A stretch of 52,353 bases of DNA from a virus. Taxonomy: Duplodnaviria; Caudoviricetes. Position numbers and translations under genes: made by a program. The stretch covers positions 1-52,353 of the IMG/VR virus record IMGVR_UViG_2029527003_000023; one strand, 5' to 3'. Shown here piece by piece: positions 17,024-28,371 of this stretch; within the stretch, counting starts at the first letter, position 1; each line of letters begins with the position of its first letter. The notes below the pieces were generated by a model. The model had not been told where the DNA came from, did no database searches, and worked only from the letters and a program-made list of their open reading frames with translations.

Positions 17024-17514
17024 TGAATTCCAGCCTGAGAAATAAAATCCTCGCTGCCATAACCGGTGGCGGCGGGGCGATTGCGATCGCCACTGCAATG
17101 CTCGGCGGTCACGATGGGTTAGAGGGCCGGCGGTATGTGGCCTATCGCGACGTTGTCGGCGTTCTGACGGTCTGCGATGGACATACCGGCGCCGATATTA
17201 TCCTCGGCAAGCGATACAGCGACGCAGAATGCGATGCGCTGTTGAAATCTGACTTGCAGAAAGTCGCACGGATTGTCGATCCGGCTATCAAGGTGAAAAC
17301 CACCGAAACCCAGCGCGCCGCCATCTACTCATTTTCCTACAACGTCGGGCCTTATGCCTTTATCGGCTCCACGATGCTGAAAAAATTGAATGCCGGCGAC
17401 CCGGACGGCGCGTGCGGTGAACTGAAGCGCTGGAAGTATGCCGGCGGCAAAGAATGGAAAGGGCTGATAACCCGGCGTGAAGTCGAAACCACCGTCTGCA
17501 CCTGGGGCCAATAA
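17023..17514 (+). CDS. SAR endolysin (GH24 lysozyme, phage 21 R-like)
   Basis: Gly/Ala-rich N-terminal SAR segment; E-x8-D-x5-T catalytic triad ([16 protein letters not shown]). Confidence 0.92.
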   Translation: MNSSLRNKILAAITGGGGAIAIATAMLGGHDGLEGRRYVAYRDVVGVLTVCDGHTGADIILGKRYSDAECDALLKSDLQKVARIVDPAIKVKTTETQRAAIYSFSYNVGPYAFIGSTMLKKLNAGDPDGACGELKRWKYAGGKEWKGLITRREVETTVCTWGQ

Positions 17515-17900
17515 TGAACGGCTGGATGAGCAAGATCGCCGGCGGCAGCCTGGCGCTTCTGTTGCTGGTGGCTATCTGCCTTGGCGGTTACAGCTCGCTG
17601 CTGTCGCACCAGTTGCAGCTGGCACGCCAGCAGGCCGCTGAACAACAGAAGACGCTGGCACAACAGGCCGGGCTGATAACCACGCTGCAGACGCAAGATG
17701 CGCAGAATCGCGCGCTGATGTCGGCGCAGCAACAACGCGAGCAGCAGCTGCGCCAGCAGCACGACACCGCCCAAAGGAAATACCGTGAAGCGATTAAAAA
17801 CGATCCCTGCGCTGGTCAGCCTCTGCCTGCCGCTGTGCTTGAGCTCTTGCGCCCGGCCACCGGCACAGCCCCCGGCGCCGTTAATCCTCCTTCCCCCTGA
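17514..17900 (+). CDS. Inner-membrane spanin (Rz-like)
   Basis: N-terminal TM and Gln-rich coiled coil, directly after the endolysin. Confidence 0.85.
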   Translation: MNGWMSKIAGGSLALLLLVAICLGGYSSLLSHQLQLARQQAAEQQKTLAQQAGLITTLQTQDAQNRALMSAQQQREQQLRQQHDTAQRKYREAIKNDPCAGQPLPAAVLELLRPATGTAPGAVNPPSP

Positions 17901-18051
17901 ATCTGTATTCACTCTATGTGAGCAGCCAGAAATGGCCGGCGATACATGGGGCGACGCCGTCAGCTATACGCTGGCACTACAAACCTCACTGAAAATTTGT
18001 GCGGGTCAGGTTGATATACTCAATACTTGGCGACGAATGTCGAAGTTATGA
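17785..18051 (+). CDS. Outer-membrane spanin lipoprotein (Rz1-like)
   Basis: Lipobox LSSC and Pro-rich mature region; overlaps the i-spanin in another frame. Confidence 0.82.
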   Translation: MKRLKTIPALVSLCLPLCLSSCARPPAQPPAPLILLPPESVFTLCEQPEMAGDTWGDAVSYTLALQTSLKICAGQVDILNTWRRMSKL

Positions 18052-18157
18052 ACAACATAGAAAATCCGTGATTAATTTAAACGGTAAAAAGTCAATAGCC
18101 ATTTGTCTGTTTTAGTTGTAAATTCCTCAGCACAAAGTTCTTGTTGTGAGCGAAGGT

Positions 18158-18925
18158 ATGGAACCTCGGGGAAATTATTTTGTAAAACCTATCAGATCTA
18201 TAGGGAATGGTGCGTTTGGGCAGGTTGAGGAAATAGAACTATATAACTCATCTGGTTACCTGTGTGGGAAATATGCTAGAAAGGTTCTTTCCGTTCAAGA
18301 TCAATTGATTAGTGAGTTTTTTGACTATGATGATTGGCGGCGTAGATTTGAGCGAGAAGTCAAGTACCAAGCTGATTGTAGTCATGTAAATGTTGTACCG
18401 ATTTACATCCATCATCTCAATACTGAGCATCCTTGGTTTGTGATGGATCTAGCTGAAAAAGATCTCAAAACTGACATTCGTAGCGGTAGTCTCACTGATG
18501 AAGAAAAACTTAAAATTATCCGCATGATACTGTGTGGTGTAAGCTACGTTCATGATAAAGGTTACTTTCATCGAGATCTGAAGCCTGAAAACATCCTTAA
18601 ATTCTCTGATGGTAAGTACAAAATCTCTGATTTTGGTCTTGTGAAGAACTCTGACAAGAAAGCTGAGTCTGAGGTTTTGACAAGGATAGCTGTCGGTATG
18701 GGGACTGATGGCTATATGGCTCCAGAAGCCAAAAAAGGTATCTATAACGCGAAGACAGACATTTATGCGCTTGGTGTTATTATTAACGAGCTTGGTATCA
18801 GCCATATTGATGGGATAGATGAAATGATAGCGAAATCGACATCATTCAAACCACATGGAAGGTATGAAAGCGTGTCTGAAATGGTTAATGATATAGACAT
18901 TGTCATTGGGGGGGTACAGCTATGA
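18158..18925 (+). CDS. Hanks-type Ser/Thr protein kinase
   Basis: GNGAFGQV, YARK, FERE, HRDLKPEN, DFG, GTDGYMAPE and DIYALG all present; GTG 18146 is an alternative start. Confidence 0.95.
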   Translation: MEPRGNYFVKPIRSIGNGAFGQVEEIELYNSSGYLCGKYARKVLSVQDQLISEFFDYDDWRRRFEREVKYQADCSHVNVVPIYIHHLNTEHPWFVMDLAEKDLKTDIRSGSLTDEEKLKIIRMILCGVSYVHDKGYFHRDLKPENILKFSDGKYKISDFGLVKNSDKKAESEVLTRIAVGMGTDGYMAPEAKKGIYNAKTDIYALGVIINELGISHIDGIDEMIAKSTSFKPHGRYESVSEMVNDIDIVIGGVQL

Positions 18926-19659
18926 TCGACCTGTTAAATTGCGGGCTGTTCTCTTATCCCAAAGATGCTGAACGTGGAAACCAAGATGCTATACTTCCGC
19001 CAAAGTCGTGGGGAAATGGTTATATTGTTGCAGTAGCCGACGGTGTTGGTTCGTACTCAGGAGCGCGGGAAGCTGCAGACATAGCTATAGCTACGCTTAC
19101 AGAGTTAGACCATACAAATAACCTTGATATGTTCATGATACTAAAGACTGTCAAGCTCGGAATTGAAGGGTTAGTATCAAAAAGCTATGATTTGGCAAAG
19201 GCAGCAACAACTCTATCATTTTGTATTATTGATGAACATTCTTTGCGCGTATGCCATGTCGGGGATACAAGGGTCTATGTGAGAAAGGGTAATAAGCTTA
19301 TCCAACTGACTAAGGATCATACTCAACATCAAGAACTGATAGATGAGGGTATTTATACGAAGAATGAACTCCGAAACCTTTCGGGTAAAAATGTTCTCAC
19401 TTCCGCGCTGTCAAGATCTATAGAGCCAAGATTTCAAGAGGTTAGCTTACCGACTTCTGAGCTGGTTGATGAAAATGGGGTCATAGATATTTATATTATG
19501 TCCGATGGTGCTCATCATTTTTGGGAAAAACGTGCAAGATTTTCCCTCGGGACACTGTCTATGCCAACTCGATTTTCTTCAAGCCTTTTAAGAAGAATAG
19601 AGAATGGGCCTCCGATTGATGATTATTCGTTAGTAAGTGCATCGTTTTCGATTAAGTGA
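18922..19659 (+). CDS. PP2C/PPM-family protein phosphatase
   Basis: NQDA, VADGVG, ATTL, HVGDTRVY, LTKDHT, MSDG and DDYS motifs; ATGA overlap with the kinase. Confidence 0.93.
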   Translation: MIDLLNCGLFSYPKDAERGNQDAILPPKSWGNGYIVAVADGVGSYSGAREAADIAIATLTELDHTNNLDMFMILKTVKLGIEGLVSKSYDLAKAATTLSFCIIDEHSLRVCHVGDTRVYVRKGNKLIQLTKDHTQHQELIDEGIYTKNELRNLSGKNVLTSALSRSIEPRFQEVSLPTSELVDENGVIDIYIMSDGAHHFWEKRARFSLGTLSMPTRFSSSLLRRIENGPPIDDYSLVSASFSIK

Positions 19660-19664
19660 TTATT

Positions 19665-19688
19665 AACCGCCCTTCCGGGCGGTTTTTT
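19665..19688 (+). terminator. Terminator closing the kinase-phosphatase cassette
   Basis: AACCGCCC-ttcc-GGGCGGTT followed by TTTT. Confidence 0.8.
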
Positions 19689-19808
19689 CTTGCCCATCAC
19701 AGAGCATCTATCCAGGTGCTGCGTAATGCGCAAGCAAAGCCACAGGCGACACCCACCGATCACTCAGATCATGGTTGCCCGTGGCTTTTTTTATTCACGG
19801 AGAACGTT

Positions 19809-20831
19809 ATGGCACAACCGGAAGAAAGCTGCCTCGAGCGCGATTACTGTGCCGGTCAACTTTCTCTCCGCGACCTGGCACAGATATACGGCCTCAGTGA
19901 GGGGGCAATCAGGAAGCGCGCTAAAAAGCATGGCTGGGTACGCAAGGGAAAGAGCGGTACGCAAAAAGGTACACAGGTACGCAAAAGCGGTACGCAAAAA
20001 GGAAAGCTGCGTACCAGCCCCAAAGCCAACATAGAAGCAGTCGCCCCGGATAATGACATCAGTCCGTATGCCGATTACGGGGATGACGACACGCGGGGGC
20101 TAGACCTGCGCAAATACGGGCTCAGCGATATGCAGTGGCGTTTCGTGAATGAATACCTCATCGACCTGAACAGGACGGCGGCATACAAACGAGCGGGCGG
20201 GAAGGGCGAGGGCAACACGGCCTACGTCAGTGCCAGCCGCATGTATAGAAACGCTAAGGTGAGCCGGGCTATCAACGACGCGCTGGCCGCTCGCGAACGT
20301 CGCACGCAAATAACGCAGGATGCTGTCCTGAAAATGTGGTGGGACATCGCCACGGCCGACGTCAACCAGATCACTGAGTACCGCCGGTTATGCTGCCGTT
20401 ATTGCTGGGGCTTCGGCCACCAGTATCAGTGGATGGATGCGGTGGAGCACGAGGAGGCATCGGTGAAGGCTAAAGCCGCAAATAAGCCTGAGCCATCCGA
20501 CAGAGGTGGTTACGGCTTTGATGCGATGCTGGATCCCAATCCTGAATGCCCCCGGTGCAATGGCGCTGGCGTTGGCCGCGCACACTTCCACGACTCCCGA
20601 GATTTGACCGGTGCCGCCCGGCGGCTCTTCGCTGGCATCAAAGAAGGCAAGTTCGGGATTGAGGTGATCACCCGTAATCAGGATGACGCGCTGAAGATGG
20701 TGGCGCAGCACCTGGGCATGGTGAGAAACAAGACTGAATTGAGCGGCCCTGATGGTGGCCCGGTCAAAACCGAAAGCGTCAATCTGACGCCGGAAGAAGC
20801 TGCAGAGGCCTATCGCAAGCTGATGGGGTAA
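19809..20831 (+). CDS. terS: Terminase small subunit
   Basis: N-terminal HTH, FVNEYLIDLNRTAAYKRAG motif and Cys pairs (CRYC, CPRC); GGAG RBS before ATG 19809. Confidence 0.88.
   Translation: MAQPEESCLERDYCAGQLSLRDLAQIYGLSEGAIRKRAKKHGWVRKGKSGTQKGTQVRKSGTQKGKLRTSPKANIEAVAPDNDISPYADYGDDDTRGLDLRKYGLSDMQWRFVNEYLIDLNRTAAYKRAGGKGEGNTAYVSASRMYRNAKVSRAINDALAARERRTQITQDAVLKMWWDIATADVNQITEYRRLCCRYCWGFGHQYQWMDAVEHEEASVKAKAANKPEPSDRGGYGFDAMLDPNPECPRCNGAGVGRAHFHDSRDLTGAARRLFAGIKEGKFGIEVITRNQDDALKMVAQHLGMVRNKTELSGPDGGPVKTESVNLTPEEAAEAYRKLMG
19937..20015. repeat. GGTACGCAA repeat cluster inside terS
   Basis: Copies at 19937, 19956, 19976 and 19989, a variant at 19968, and an inverted copy at 20008-20015. 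Confidence 0.7.
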
Positions 20832-21036
20832 ACTGCCTGAAACAGCCCGAAAATCCAATTTTGGCACTATGCAAAAACACTCGTGTTTTATGCGCTGTTT
20901 ATGCAGTCCGTTTTCAACGGATCTGGCTCGAAGATTGGCGGAAATAGGCGGTTGAAGGGGATTTGGTGATGAGAGCTATTACGGCGGTGCGGGTAACCAT
21001 CATTATGTTAAAAAGGGCCGACAGCGGCCCAAATAA

Positions 21037-21213
21037 TCACTCACCTTCATATTCAACCGTATCATGAAGGAAAATACCCTCACATAGCGTTTTCCCATCA
21101 AACCATTGAGCGCGGTATAGAGTTTCACCGTTTTCACCAAGGAAGGTTTCTTTAACTGTCATTAACGGACCACCGCTCTTAAGTTGGATTAATGCGCCTG
21201 CTAAATAATTCAC
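21037..21213 (-). CDS. YodC/DUF2158-family small protein (moron)
   Basis: QLKSGGPLMTV...AQWFDG motif; GGAGG RBS before GTG 21213. Confidence 0.78.
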   Translation of the reverse strand: MNYLAGALIQLKSGGPLMTVKETFLGENGETLYRAQWFDGKTLCEGIFLHDTVEYEGE

Positions 21214-21294
21214 TATATATCCTCCATTGATATTTGGCGGCGTCAGCATGGCTTTTTATGTTTGATGCATCAACACAATAAAGTGAGTTTTTAG

Positions 21295-22914
21295 ATGCCG
21301 ATCCCATTCCCGTTCGATTTCAAAAAACCAAATTACACCCAAGTGTTCGAATGGCGGATGGAGCGCCTTCAGCGTATCAGGGCTAATCCTGAATCGCTCC
21401 CAATCATGAAGGCCTTTTATAAGGACAACCCGGCCCAGTTCATCATTGATTGGGGAATGACGGTTGACCCGCGCAACGTCGAGCGTGGCTTACCTGCGCG
21501 CATCCCGTTTCTGCTGTTCCCAAAGCAGGAGGAGTGGATCCAGTGGTTTGTAGAGCACTGGCGGGCATCAAAACCCGGTATCACGGAGAAAACCCGCGAC
21601 ATGGGGATGTCATGGCTGACGGTAGGGATGGCGTCGTCGCTCTGCCTGTTTAACCGGGGCGTTTTCGCCGGCTTCGGCTCTCGCAAAGAAGAATACGTTG
21701 ATAAAATCGGCTCACCGAAGTCGCTGTTCGACAAAGCCCGTAACTTCATTAGCCTGTTGCCGGTAGAGTTTCGCGGCGGCTGGAGTGCCAAACAGCACGC
21801 GCCGCACATGCGCATCCTATTCCCGGAAACCGAATCAGCAATGACCGGTGAGGCCGGCGACGGCATCGGGCGCGGTGACCGCACCAGTTTCTACATCGTG
21901 GACGAATCCGCGTTCCTGGAGCGGCCTTATCTGGTTGATGCGTCGCTGTCTGCCACCACCAACTGCCGGCAGGACATTTCAACGCCGAACGGCATGGCCA
22001 ACTCCTTCGCTGAGCGCCGTCATAGCGGCAAGATCGACGTGTTTACGTTCCACTGGCGTGATGACCCTCGCAAAGACCAGACTTGGTACGACAAGCAGGT
22101 AGAGGAGCTCGACGCGGTCACCGTGGCACAAGAAATCGACATCAACTACAGCGCATCCGTCGAGGGCGTGCTGATCCCGTCTGCATGGGTGCAGGCGGCG
22201 ATCGACGCTCACATCGCGCTTGGCATCGAGCCAACGGGCGTGCGCATGGGGGCTCTGGATGTTGCCGATGAGGGCAAGGACACCAACGCCTTTACGTCCC
22301 GTCACGGTTTCCTCCTAGAGGATATCGACGAGTGGTCGGGGAAGGGCGACGACATTTTTGGAACCGTTCAGAAAGCTTTTAACATTTGCGATCAGCAACT
22401 GCTTGATCACTTCAGGTTTGACTCAGACGGTCTGGGGGCCGGGGCGCGCGGCGACGCACGGGTAATAAACGAAAACCGTGAAGCTGAAGACATACCGACA
22501 ATTGTCGCTGTCCCATTCCGCGGTAGCGGCGCGGTATTCGATCCCGAAGGCGAGGCCGTTCGTGGCGATAACGGACGGCCAGCCCGCCTTAACAAGGACT
22601 TTTTCGCCAATGCCAAAGCACAGGGGTGGTGGTCACTGCGTACCCGGTTCCAAAAAACCTACCGCGCAGTGACTGAAGGCATGGAATTTGATCCTGACGA
22701 AATTATTTCCATCTCTGGGACGATGAAAAAAAAGGACAAGCTGGTTATTGAATTATCCCAGCCCACTTACACGGTGAATGGTGTGGGGAAAATCGTGGTT
22801 GATAAAAAGCCTGACGGCACCAAATCACCGAACCTCGCCGACTCGGCAATGATCGCCTACGCCCCAATGGAAATGCCAATGCTCATTTCCGACGACTTTT
22901 TGGAGAGTATTTGA
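21295..22914 (+). CDS. terL: Terminase large subunit
   Basis: [10 protein letters not shown] (Walker A-like), YIVDESA (Walker B), ISTPNG, LDVADEG and SPNLADS. Confidence 0.93.
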   Translation: MPIPFPFDFKKPNYTQVFEWRMERLQRIRANPESLPIMKAFYKDNPAQFIIDWGMTVDPRNVERGLPARIPFLLFPKQEEWIQWFVEHWRASKPGITEKTRDMGMSWLTVGMASSLCLFNRGVFAGFGSRKEEYVDKIGSPKSLFDKARNFISLLPVEFRGGWSAKQHAPHMRILFPETESAMTGEAGDGIGRGDRTSFYIVDESAFLERPYLVDASLSATTNCRQDISTPNGMANSFAERRHSGKIDVFTFHWRDDPRKDQTWYDKQVEELDAVTVAQEIDINYSASVEGVLIPSAWVQAAIDAHIALGIEPTGVRMGALDVADEGKDTNAFTSRHGFLLEDIDEWSGKGDDIFGTVQKAFNICDQQLLDHFRFDSDGLGAGARGDARVINENREAEDIPTIVAVPFRGSGAVFDPEGEAVRGDNGRPARLNKDFFANAKAQGWWSLRTRFQKTYRAVTEGMEFDPDEIISISGTMKKKDKLVIELSQPTYTVNGVGKIVVDKKPDGTKSPNLADSAMIAYAPMEMPMLISDDFLESI

Positions 22915-24455
22915 TGTGGCCCTTTAAGCGAAAAAAAACGAGTGACGAGGCGCCGCCAGTGCAGGAGGCGCCAAAATCGCCAGGGATTGCGATCAGCGAC
23001 GAGATGCTCGCAGAGGTCGGACACAAAAAGCGGCGTGAGTTCGATAAGTACGAACCGCCGGCCGGTGTTATCCCTGACGGTATCCGCAGTGCAATTCTCG
23101 CGATGGATGCTACGCCATACGATTCACTGAACGGCAGCTACCCCGATTACGTTTTCGGCGGCTTCCCTGGCTACCCCTATTTGGCGCAACTCGCCCAGCT
23201 GCCGGAATATCGCCGGATGGTGAGCGTGATCGCCGAGGAAATGACCCGCAAATGGATCAAGGTTAAAGCGGCCAGTGACGGGGATGAAAGCAAGGCTGAC
23301 CGCATCGCGCTACTCGTTAAGGCGATGGAGCGCTACAAGGTGCAGGATGTTTTCCGCCTGGCTATTGAGCACGACGGATTTTTCGGCCGCGGCCAGATAT
23401 ACATCGATGTGCGTTCCCCGCGCGGTTTGTCCGCATGGACGGATCCGGAGGAGCTGCAATCCCGGCTGTTCCTGTCCAACAAAAAAATCACGCCCGGCTC
23501 GCTGGTGGGCTTTCGCGTGATTGAGCCGGTATGGACCTACCCAGGCATCTACAACGCCGATAACCCGCTTAGTGATGATTTCTACAAGCCGGCGGAGTGG
23601 TTCGTGATGGGTAAGACCGTACACGCCAGCCGCATGTTGGATCTGATTTCCCGGCCGGTACCTGACATGTTGAAGCCGGCCTATAACTTCGGTGGCTTGT
23701 CGCTGACACAAATCGCCGAGCCCTATGTCAATAACTGGCTGCGTACCCGCGATAGCGTGGGTGATGTGCTTCATTCCTTCTCCCTGAGCGGCATCAGCAC
23801 GAACATGACGAATGCGTTAAGCGGAAAGAACGATCCCAACTATGCCAAGCGCGCGGAGCTGTATAACCGCACGCGGGACACGCGCGGCTTGTTGATTCTG
23901 GACAAGGCACAGGAAGAGTTCTTCCAGTTCAACACGCCACTGAGCGGGCTGGACACGCTTCAGGCGCAGGCACAAGAGCACATGTTCTTTGTCAGTGCGA
24001 TCCCGTCGGTGAAGTTCGCCGGCCTGAGCCCCACGGGGTTGAATGCCTCGAGCGAGGGCGAGATCAAGGTGTTCTACGACACGATAGCGGCCGGCGCGTC
24101 CAGGTTACTCAAGCACCCGATAAAGCGCGTGATGGACATTATCCAGCTGTCGGAGTTTGGCGACATCGATCCGGATATCACCTTTGAATTCGAATCCCTG
24201 CACGAAATGACGCGTGAACAGCAGGCCACAATCCGCAAAACAGAAGCGGAGACGGACCAGATTTACGAGGCCATCGGCGCGGTGACGAATAACGAGGTGC
24301 GCGAAAAGCTGGCCTCGGATCCTAACAGCCCCTACAGCGGTCTGGATTTAAGCGGGGAGATTGAGATTGACGACGAAGACGACGAAAACTTCAACCTCGA
24401 GGAAAGCGCGTCGGAAAAAGACCCTCCGTCAGATCCGACCCAACGCGGGGATTGA
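22911..24455 (+). CDS. Portal protein (DUF1073-like)
   Basis: 514 aa directly after terL; AEEMTRKW and [14 protein letters not shown] motifs. Confidence 0.85.
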   Translation: MMWPFKRKKTSDEAPPVQEAPKSPGIAISDEMLAEVGHKKRREFDKYEPPAGVIPDGIRSAILAMDATPYDSLNGSYPDYVFGGFPGYPYLAQLAQLPEYRRMVSVIAEEMTRKWIKVKAASDGDESKADRIALLVKAMERYKVQDVFRLAIEHDGFFGRGQIYIDVRSPRGLSAWTDPEELQSRLFLSNKKITPGSLVGFRVIEPVWTYPGIYNADNPLSDDFYKPAEWFVMGKTVHASRMLDLISRPVPDMLKPAYNFGGLSLTQIAEPYVNNWLRTRDSVGDVLHSFSLSGISTNMTNALSGKNDPNYAKRAELYNRTRDTRGLLILDKAQEEFFQFNTPLSGLDTLQAQAQEHMFFVSAIPSVKFAGLSPTGLNASSEGEIKVFYDTIAAGASRLLKHPIKRVMDIIQLSEFGDIDPDITFEFESLHEMTREQQATIRKTEAETDQIYEAIGAVTNNEVREKLASDPNSPYSGLDLSGEIEIDDEDDENFNLEESASEKDPPSDPTQRGD

Positions 24456-25179
24456 GGCCTGGTACCGGCGGCAGCTGGATAGGGCGGTGCAGGAGCTGCA
24501 CAACAGCACGCTTTATTGGTTGCGCGCCGAATACCGTCAGACCGGGCTGGCGCAGGATGCCTCACCGGCGATCATGATGCGCGATGCCATGCGCAAATTG
24601 TCGCGGCGCTGGCGAAAAAAATTCGATGTGCTGGCCGGGAAACTGGCTGAGCGTTTCGCTTCTGATGTGATGAAGAATAGCGATGCGTCGCTTTCCACTG
24701 CATTGCAGCAGGCCGGTTTCACGGTGCCATTCAAAATGACGGCGGAAATGAACAACGCGCTGCAGGCGACCATCACCGAGAACGTCAACCTGATCCGTTC
24801 CATTCCGCAGCAGTACCTCACGCAGGTCGAAACGCTGGTAATGCAGTCGGTATCCCGTGGGCGTGATCTCGGCACCCTTACCAAAGAGCTGCAACAGCGC
24901 TATGGCGTCACCCTGCGCCGGGCGGCTTTTATCGCGCTGGATCAGAACAACAAGGCAACGTCTGCCATGCAGTCGGCGCGCCAGCGTGCGCTTGGCATCC
25001 GCCGCGGGCGCTGGCGCCATTCCCACGCAGGGAAAGAGCCGCGCATCTCCCATGTGAAAGCCGACGGCAAAGAGTTCGATTTGGACAAAGGCATGTTTAT
25101 CGATGGCGAATGGATCATGCCAGGGCAAAAAATTCGTTGCAGGTGTGGATGGGAGGCTATTTTACCGGGACTGGAGTAA
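24361..25179 (+). CDS. Head morphogenesis protein (SPP1 gp7/Mu F-like)
   Basis: [12 protein letters not shown]...WRHS...PRISH...PGQKIRCRC; the start is uncertain. Confidence 0.82.
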   Translation: MRLTTKTTKTSTSRKARRKKTLRQIRPNAGIEAWYRRQLDRAVQELHNSTLYWLRAEYRQTGLAQDASPAIMMRDAMRKLSRRWRKKFDVLAGKLAERFASDVMKNSDASLSTALQQAGFTVPFKMTAEMNNALQATITENVNLIRSIPQQYLTQVETLVMQSVSRGRDLGTLTKELQQRYGVTLRRAAFIALDQNNKATSAMQSARQRALGIRRGRWRHSHAGKEPRISHVKADGKEFDLDKGMFIDGEWIMPGQKIRCRCGWEAILPGLE

Positions 25180-25182
25180 TGA

Positions 25183-26508
25183 ATGACGACTGAACGACTG
25201 GCATTTGACCGGGGTTCGGTGCGGCAAATTGATAAGGTCGGACGGCTGCAGGTAGAACGCAGCAACATCAGCAAGGCCAACGTGTGCGGCTATTACGGGC
25301 GAGAAATCCCGAATTCCGAGGCGCTGGGGCTTGAGCCCGACCGGCTGTACATGCTGTACCGCGACCCCGACGAGCTGCGCAAGGCAGCGAAAACTTTCAA
25401 TAACATCCCCATCCTTTGCCGACACAAGCCTGATTACCCAGGCGCGCCCGCGCGTGAGCTTCGGGTGGGGACAACGCACGCCAACAGTGATTTTGATGGC
25501 ACCTACCTAACAAACGGATTGTCGATTTGGGACAACTCCGCCATCGCCGGTATCGAGACCGACGAGCAACGAGAACTGTCATCGTCGTATGCGTACGTCG
25601 CTGACATGACCCCAGGCGTTACCCCGGATGGCGTCAAATTTGACGGCGTGATGCGGGATATCGTCGGTAACCACGTGGCGCTGGTCGGTGACGGCCGGGC
25701 CGGATCCGATGTGCTGGTATTTGATTGCCTCCCGAAGGAGTTACAAAACATGAAATTAAATCGTAAGGGTGTCGCCATGCGCGCAGCGCTGGGCGCCTAT
25801 CTTAAACCTCGCCTGGCGCAAGACGCCTCGCCGAAAGACCTCACGCAATTGGTGGGCCAGCATAAACGCCCCAACGCGATCGCGAATGCGGTCAAATCCG
25901 CGTTTTCCGGCCGCCTGGCGCAGGATATGGAAATCGAGCCGACCGAGCTTGCCGAACTGATGGAGGCCGCCGAAGAAGTGGTCGAGCCGGAAGAGAACGG
26001 ACCAGCGTTTGATACGGAAAACCCACTGGAAAGCATCCTGGCGCTGTTGTCCGACAAAGTGCCGGAGGAAGTGCTGGAAAAAATCAAAGCGGTACTGATG
26101 CCGGCTGCGGATGACACCCCGGACGATCCAGCAAAAGACCCGGTAAAAACGAATCCCGATACGGTCAGCAAACCGGCGATGGATGCGGCTATCAGGCTGG
26201 CGGCTGACAACGCCACCAAGGCGGCTGCGAAAAACTTCCAGGCGGTTCGCACCGCTGAAAGTGAGGTGCGTCCTCTGATTGGTGACGTGGTGGCGATGGA
26301 CTCCGCCGAGGAGGTTTACCGCACTGCTCTCGAACAGGCCGGGATCGATATCACCGACGTACACCCAAGCGCTTACCGCAGCATGGTGAAGTATGCCGTA
26401 GAGCAAAAACAGGCCGTCAAGGCGCCGAAACTGGCGCATGACTCCGCGGCTGCATCGTCTTTCGCTGCCGATTTCCCTACCGCCGGCAAACTTAAAAAAG
26501 GTTATTAA
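25183..26508 (+). CDS. Prohead protease/scaffold (DUF2213-like)
   Basis: RELSSSY and [12 protein letters not shown] motifs; acidic scaffold-like C-terminus. Confidence 0.82.
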   Translation: MTTERLAFDRGSVRQIDKVGRLQVERSNISKANVCGYYGREIPNSEALGLEPDRLYMLYRDPDELRKAAKTFNNIPILCRHKPDYPGAPARELRVGTTHANSDFDGTYLTNGLSIWDNSAIAGIETDEQRELSSSYAYVADMTPGVTPDGVKFDGVMRDIVGNHVALVGDGRAGSDVLVFDCLPKELQNMKLNRKGVAMRAALGAYLKPRLAQDASPKDLTQLVGQHKRPNAIANAVKSAFSGRLAQDMEIEPTELAELMEAAEEVVEPEENGPAFDTENPLESILALLSDKVPEEVLEKIKAVLMPAADDTPDDPAKDPVKTNPDTVSKPAMDAAIRLAADNATKAAAKNFQAVRTAESEVRPLIGDVVAMDSAEEVYRTALEQAGIDITDVHPSAYRSMVKYAVEQKQAVKAPKLAHDSAAASSFAADFPTAGKLKKGY

Positions 26509-26509
26509 C

Positions 26510-26992
26510 ATGTCAAGATTTCAGACGAGCATTAACCAATACCCGGCTCCGGGTATTGAGGGGGCTTTTGCCAGTAACAACCCGTACACCAGCTATGTGG
26601 CCGGTGATGGGGCATTGGTCACCGGCGCCGACGGGTTAACCATTGGGCGATTTGCCTGGGTGGTGAAGGGCGTGGCATCGAACAAAGGCACTGGCGCGCC
26701 GTCGGGGTTTGTTCCTCGCGATGGCCAGGCGTCAATCGTTGAATGGCTGGGCGCGGCGTCTAATGTGATCCAGCCGGGGCGAGAGTGCACGCTGCACACC
26801 GGCGGTGATTACTGGGCGGTTACCACGACGGCAGCCACTGTCGGCCAAAAAGTGTTTGCGTCACTGACCACCGGCGAGATTGCTACCGGTGCCGCCGGCG
26901 CGACCATTGAAGGCTTTGCGGAAACGGCATTCTCGGTGGCCAGCGCCGCGGCGGCCAAAGAACGTATCAAAATCAGCACCTGGAGCAAGTGA
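26510..26992 (+). CDS. Head decoration/cement protein
   Basis: Ala/Gly/Thr-rich protein between scaffold and capsid genes. Confidence 0.7.
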   Translation: MSRFQTSINQYPAPGIEGAFASNNPYTSYVAGDGALVTGADGLTIGRFAWVVKGVASNKGTGAPSGFVPRDGQASIVEWLGAASNVIQPGRECTLHTGGDYWAVTTTAATVGQKVFASLTTGEIATGAAGATIEGFAETAFSVASAAAAKERIKISTWSK

Positions 26993-28020
26993 TGAATAAA
27001 TTTAAGCAGCATTACGCTACCGCCAGCCGCGATTACGGCATCATCCTGCCGGGCGCGCAGGCTTACCTGCCGCCGGAGTACGCGAGCGATTTCGCGCTGG
27101 CGATGGATGCGCAGCCTAATCTGGTAACGGTCTCAAACTCCGGCGTGCCGGCCTATTTCACCAACTACGTTGATCCAGAATTAATTCGCGTGCTGGTGAC
27201 ACCGATGAAAGCAGCCCAAATCCTGGGCGAAACCAAAAAGGGCGACTGGACGACGCTGACCACTCAATTCCCGATCGTGGAATCAGCCGGTGACACCAGC
27301 TCTTACGGCGACTACAACAACAACGGCATGGTAACCGCGAACGCAAACTGGGTGCCACGTCAGAGCTACCACTACCAGACGCACACCCGCTGGGGTGAAC
27401 GCGAACTGGATATGTACGGCGCGGCGCGCATTGGCTGGGCGGCGGAGTTGAATGTCGCGTCTGCCCTGGTGCTGAACAAGTTCCAGAATAAATCCTACTT
27501 CTACGGCATCGAGGGCTTGCAGAACTACGGCATGCTGAACGATCCATCGCTGTCGGCGCCGATTACCCCGATTGACGTCGGCGGCAAGTTGAAGTGGGAC
27601 GATAAGGATGGCGACGCTATTTATAACGACGTCGTCAAGCTGTACAAGCAGCTCGTCAGTCAGACCAAAGGTCATGTCGAACGTACCGACGCGATGAAGC
27701 TGAATATGTCCCCGACATCGGAAGCAAACCTGACGAAGACCAACCAATACAAGGTCAACGTTTCAGATCTTCTGCAGAAAAACTTCCCGAATATGACCAT
27801 CGAAACGGCGGTGGAGTATTCCAGCGACGCGGGTGAAGTGGTTCAGCTGATTGCCGAGCGCCTCGGGGAGAACGACACCGGTTACTGTGCGTTCACCGAG
27901 AAAATGCGCGCGCACGCCGTGGTGACGGAGTCTTCAGCCTGGCACCAGAAAAAATCCGCCGGTACCTGGGGGGCGATCATTCGCCAACCGCTGGCTTACG
28001 CACAAATGTTGGGGGTTTAA
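26992..28020 (+). CDS. Major capsid protein (DUF2184-like)
   Basis: About 342 aa; AMDAQP, KKGDWT and YGMLNDP motifs; position in the head module. Confidence 0.85.
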   Translation: MNKFKQHYATASRDYGIILPGAQAYLPPEYASDFALAMDAQPNLVTVSNSGVPAYFTNYVDPELIRVLVTPMKAAQILGETKKGDWTTLTTQFPIVESAGDTSSYGDYNNNGMVTANANWVPRQSYHYQTHTRWGERELDMYGAARIGWAAELNVASALVLNKFQNKSYFYGIEGLQNYGMLNDPSLSAPITPIDVGGKLKWDDKDGDAIYNDVVKLYKQLVSQTKGHVERTDAMKLNMSPTSEANLTKTNQYKVNVSDLLQKNFPNMTIETAVEYSSDAGEVVQLIAERLGENDTGYCAFTEKMRAHAVVTESSAWHQKKSAGTWGAIIRQPLAYAQMLGV

Positions 28021-28023
28021 AAG

Positions 28024-28368
28024 ATGGCAGAGCAAGTAACAGTTGGCTGCAAATTGCCGAACGGTTTGGTGTTGGAAGTCGACGGCCATCGGCAGGCGGT
28101 CGCGGGTTACCGCGGCGAAGATGTGCGAATTATCGGCGGCTATGGCCTCACACCGGTCGATAAGGAACTGTGGGACGCCTGGCTGAAGATCCACAAAGAT
28201 CAGCCGTATGTAAAAAACGGTGTGATCTTCGCGCAGGAGAATGGCAACAGCGCCCGTGCGCAGGCCAAAGAGCAGGAAAAGTTGAAGTCAGGCCTTGACC
28301 CATTGCCGCAGAACAACCCGGCACCGGGGATCAAGCGTGATGATGAAGCGATGAATAAGAAGGAGTAA
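28024..28368 (+). CDS. Head-associated hypothetical protein
   Basis: VGCKLPNGL N-terminus; follows the capsid gene. Confidence 0.65.
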   Translation: MAEQVTVGCKLPNGLVLEVDGHRQAVAGYRGEDVRIIGGYGLTPVDKELWDAWLKIHKDQPYVKNGVIFAQENGNSARAQAKEQEKLKSGLDPLPQNNPAPGIKRDDEAMNKKE

Positions 28369-28371
28369 TGC

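Noticed and set aside
19937-20015. Short repeats as a CRISPR-like array
   Set aside because: Nine-bp units with irregular short spacing inside a coding gene; no cas genes, and no CRISPR array seen anywhere in the window.
24361-24455. Portal/head-morphogenesis overlap as a programmed fusion
   Set aside because: No clear slippery site; an uncertain TTG start with ordinary overlap explains it.
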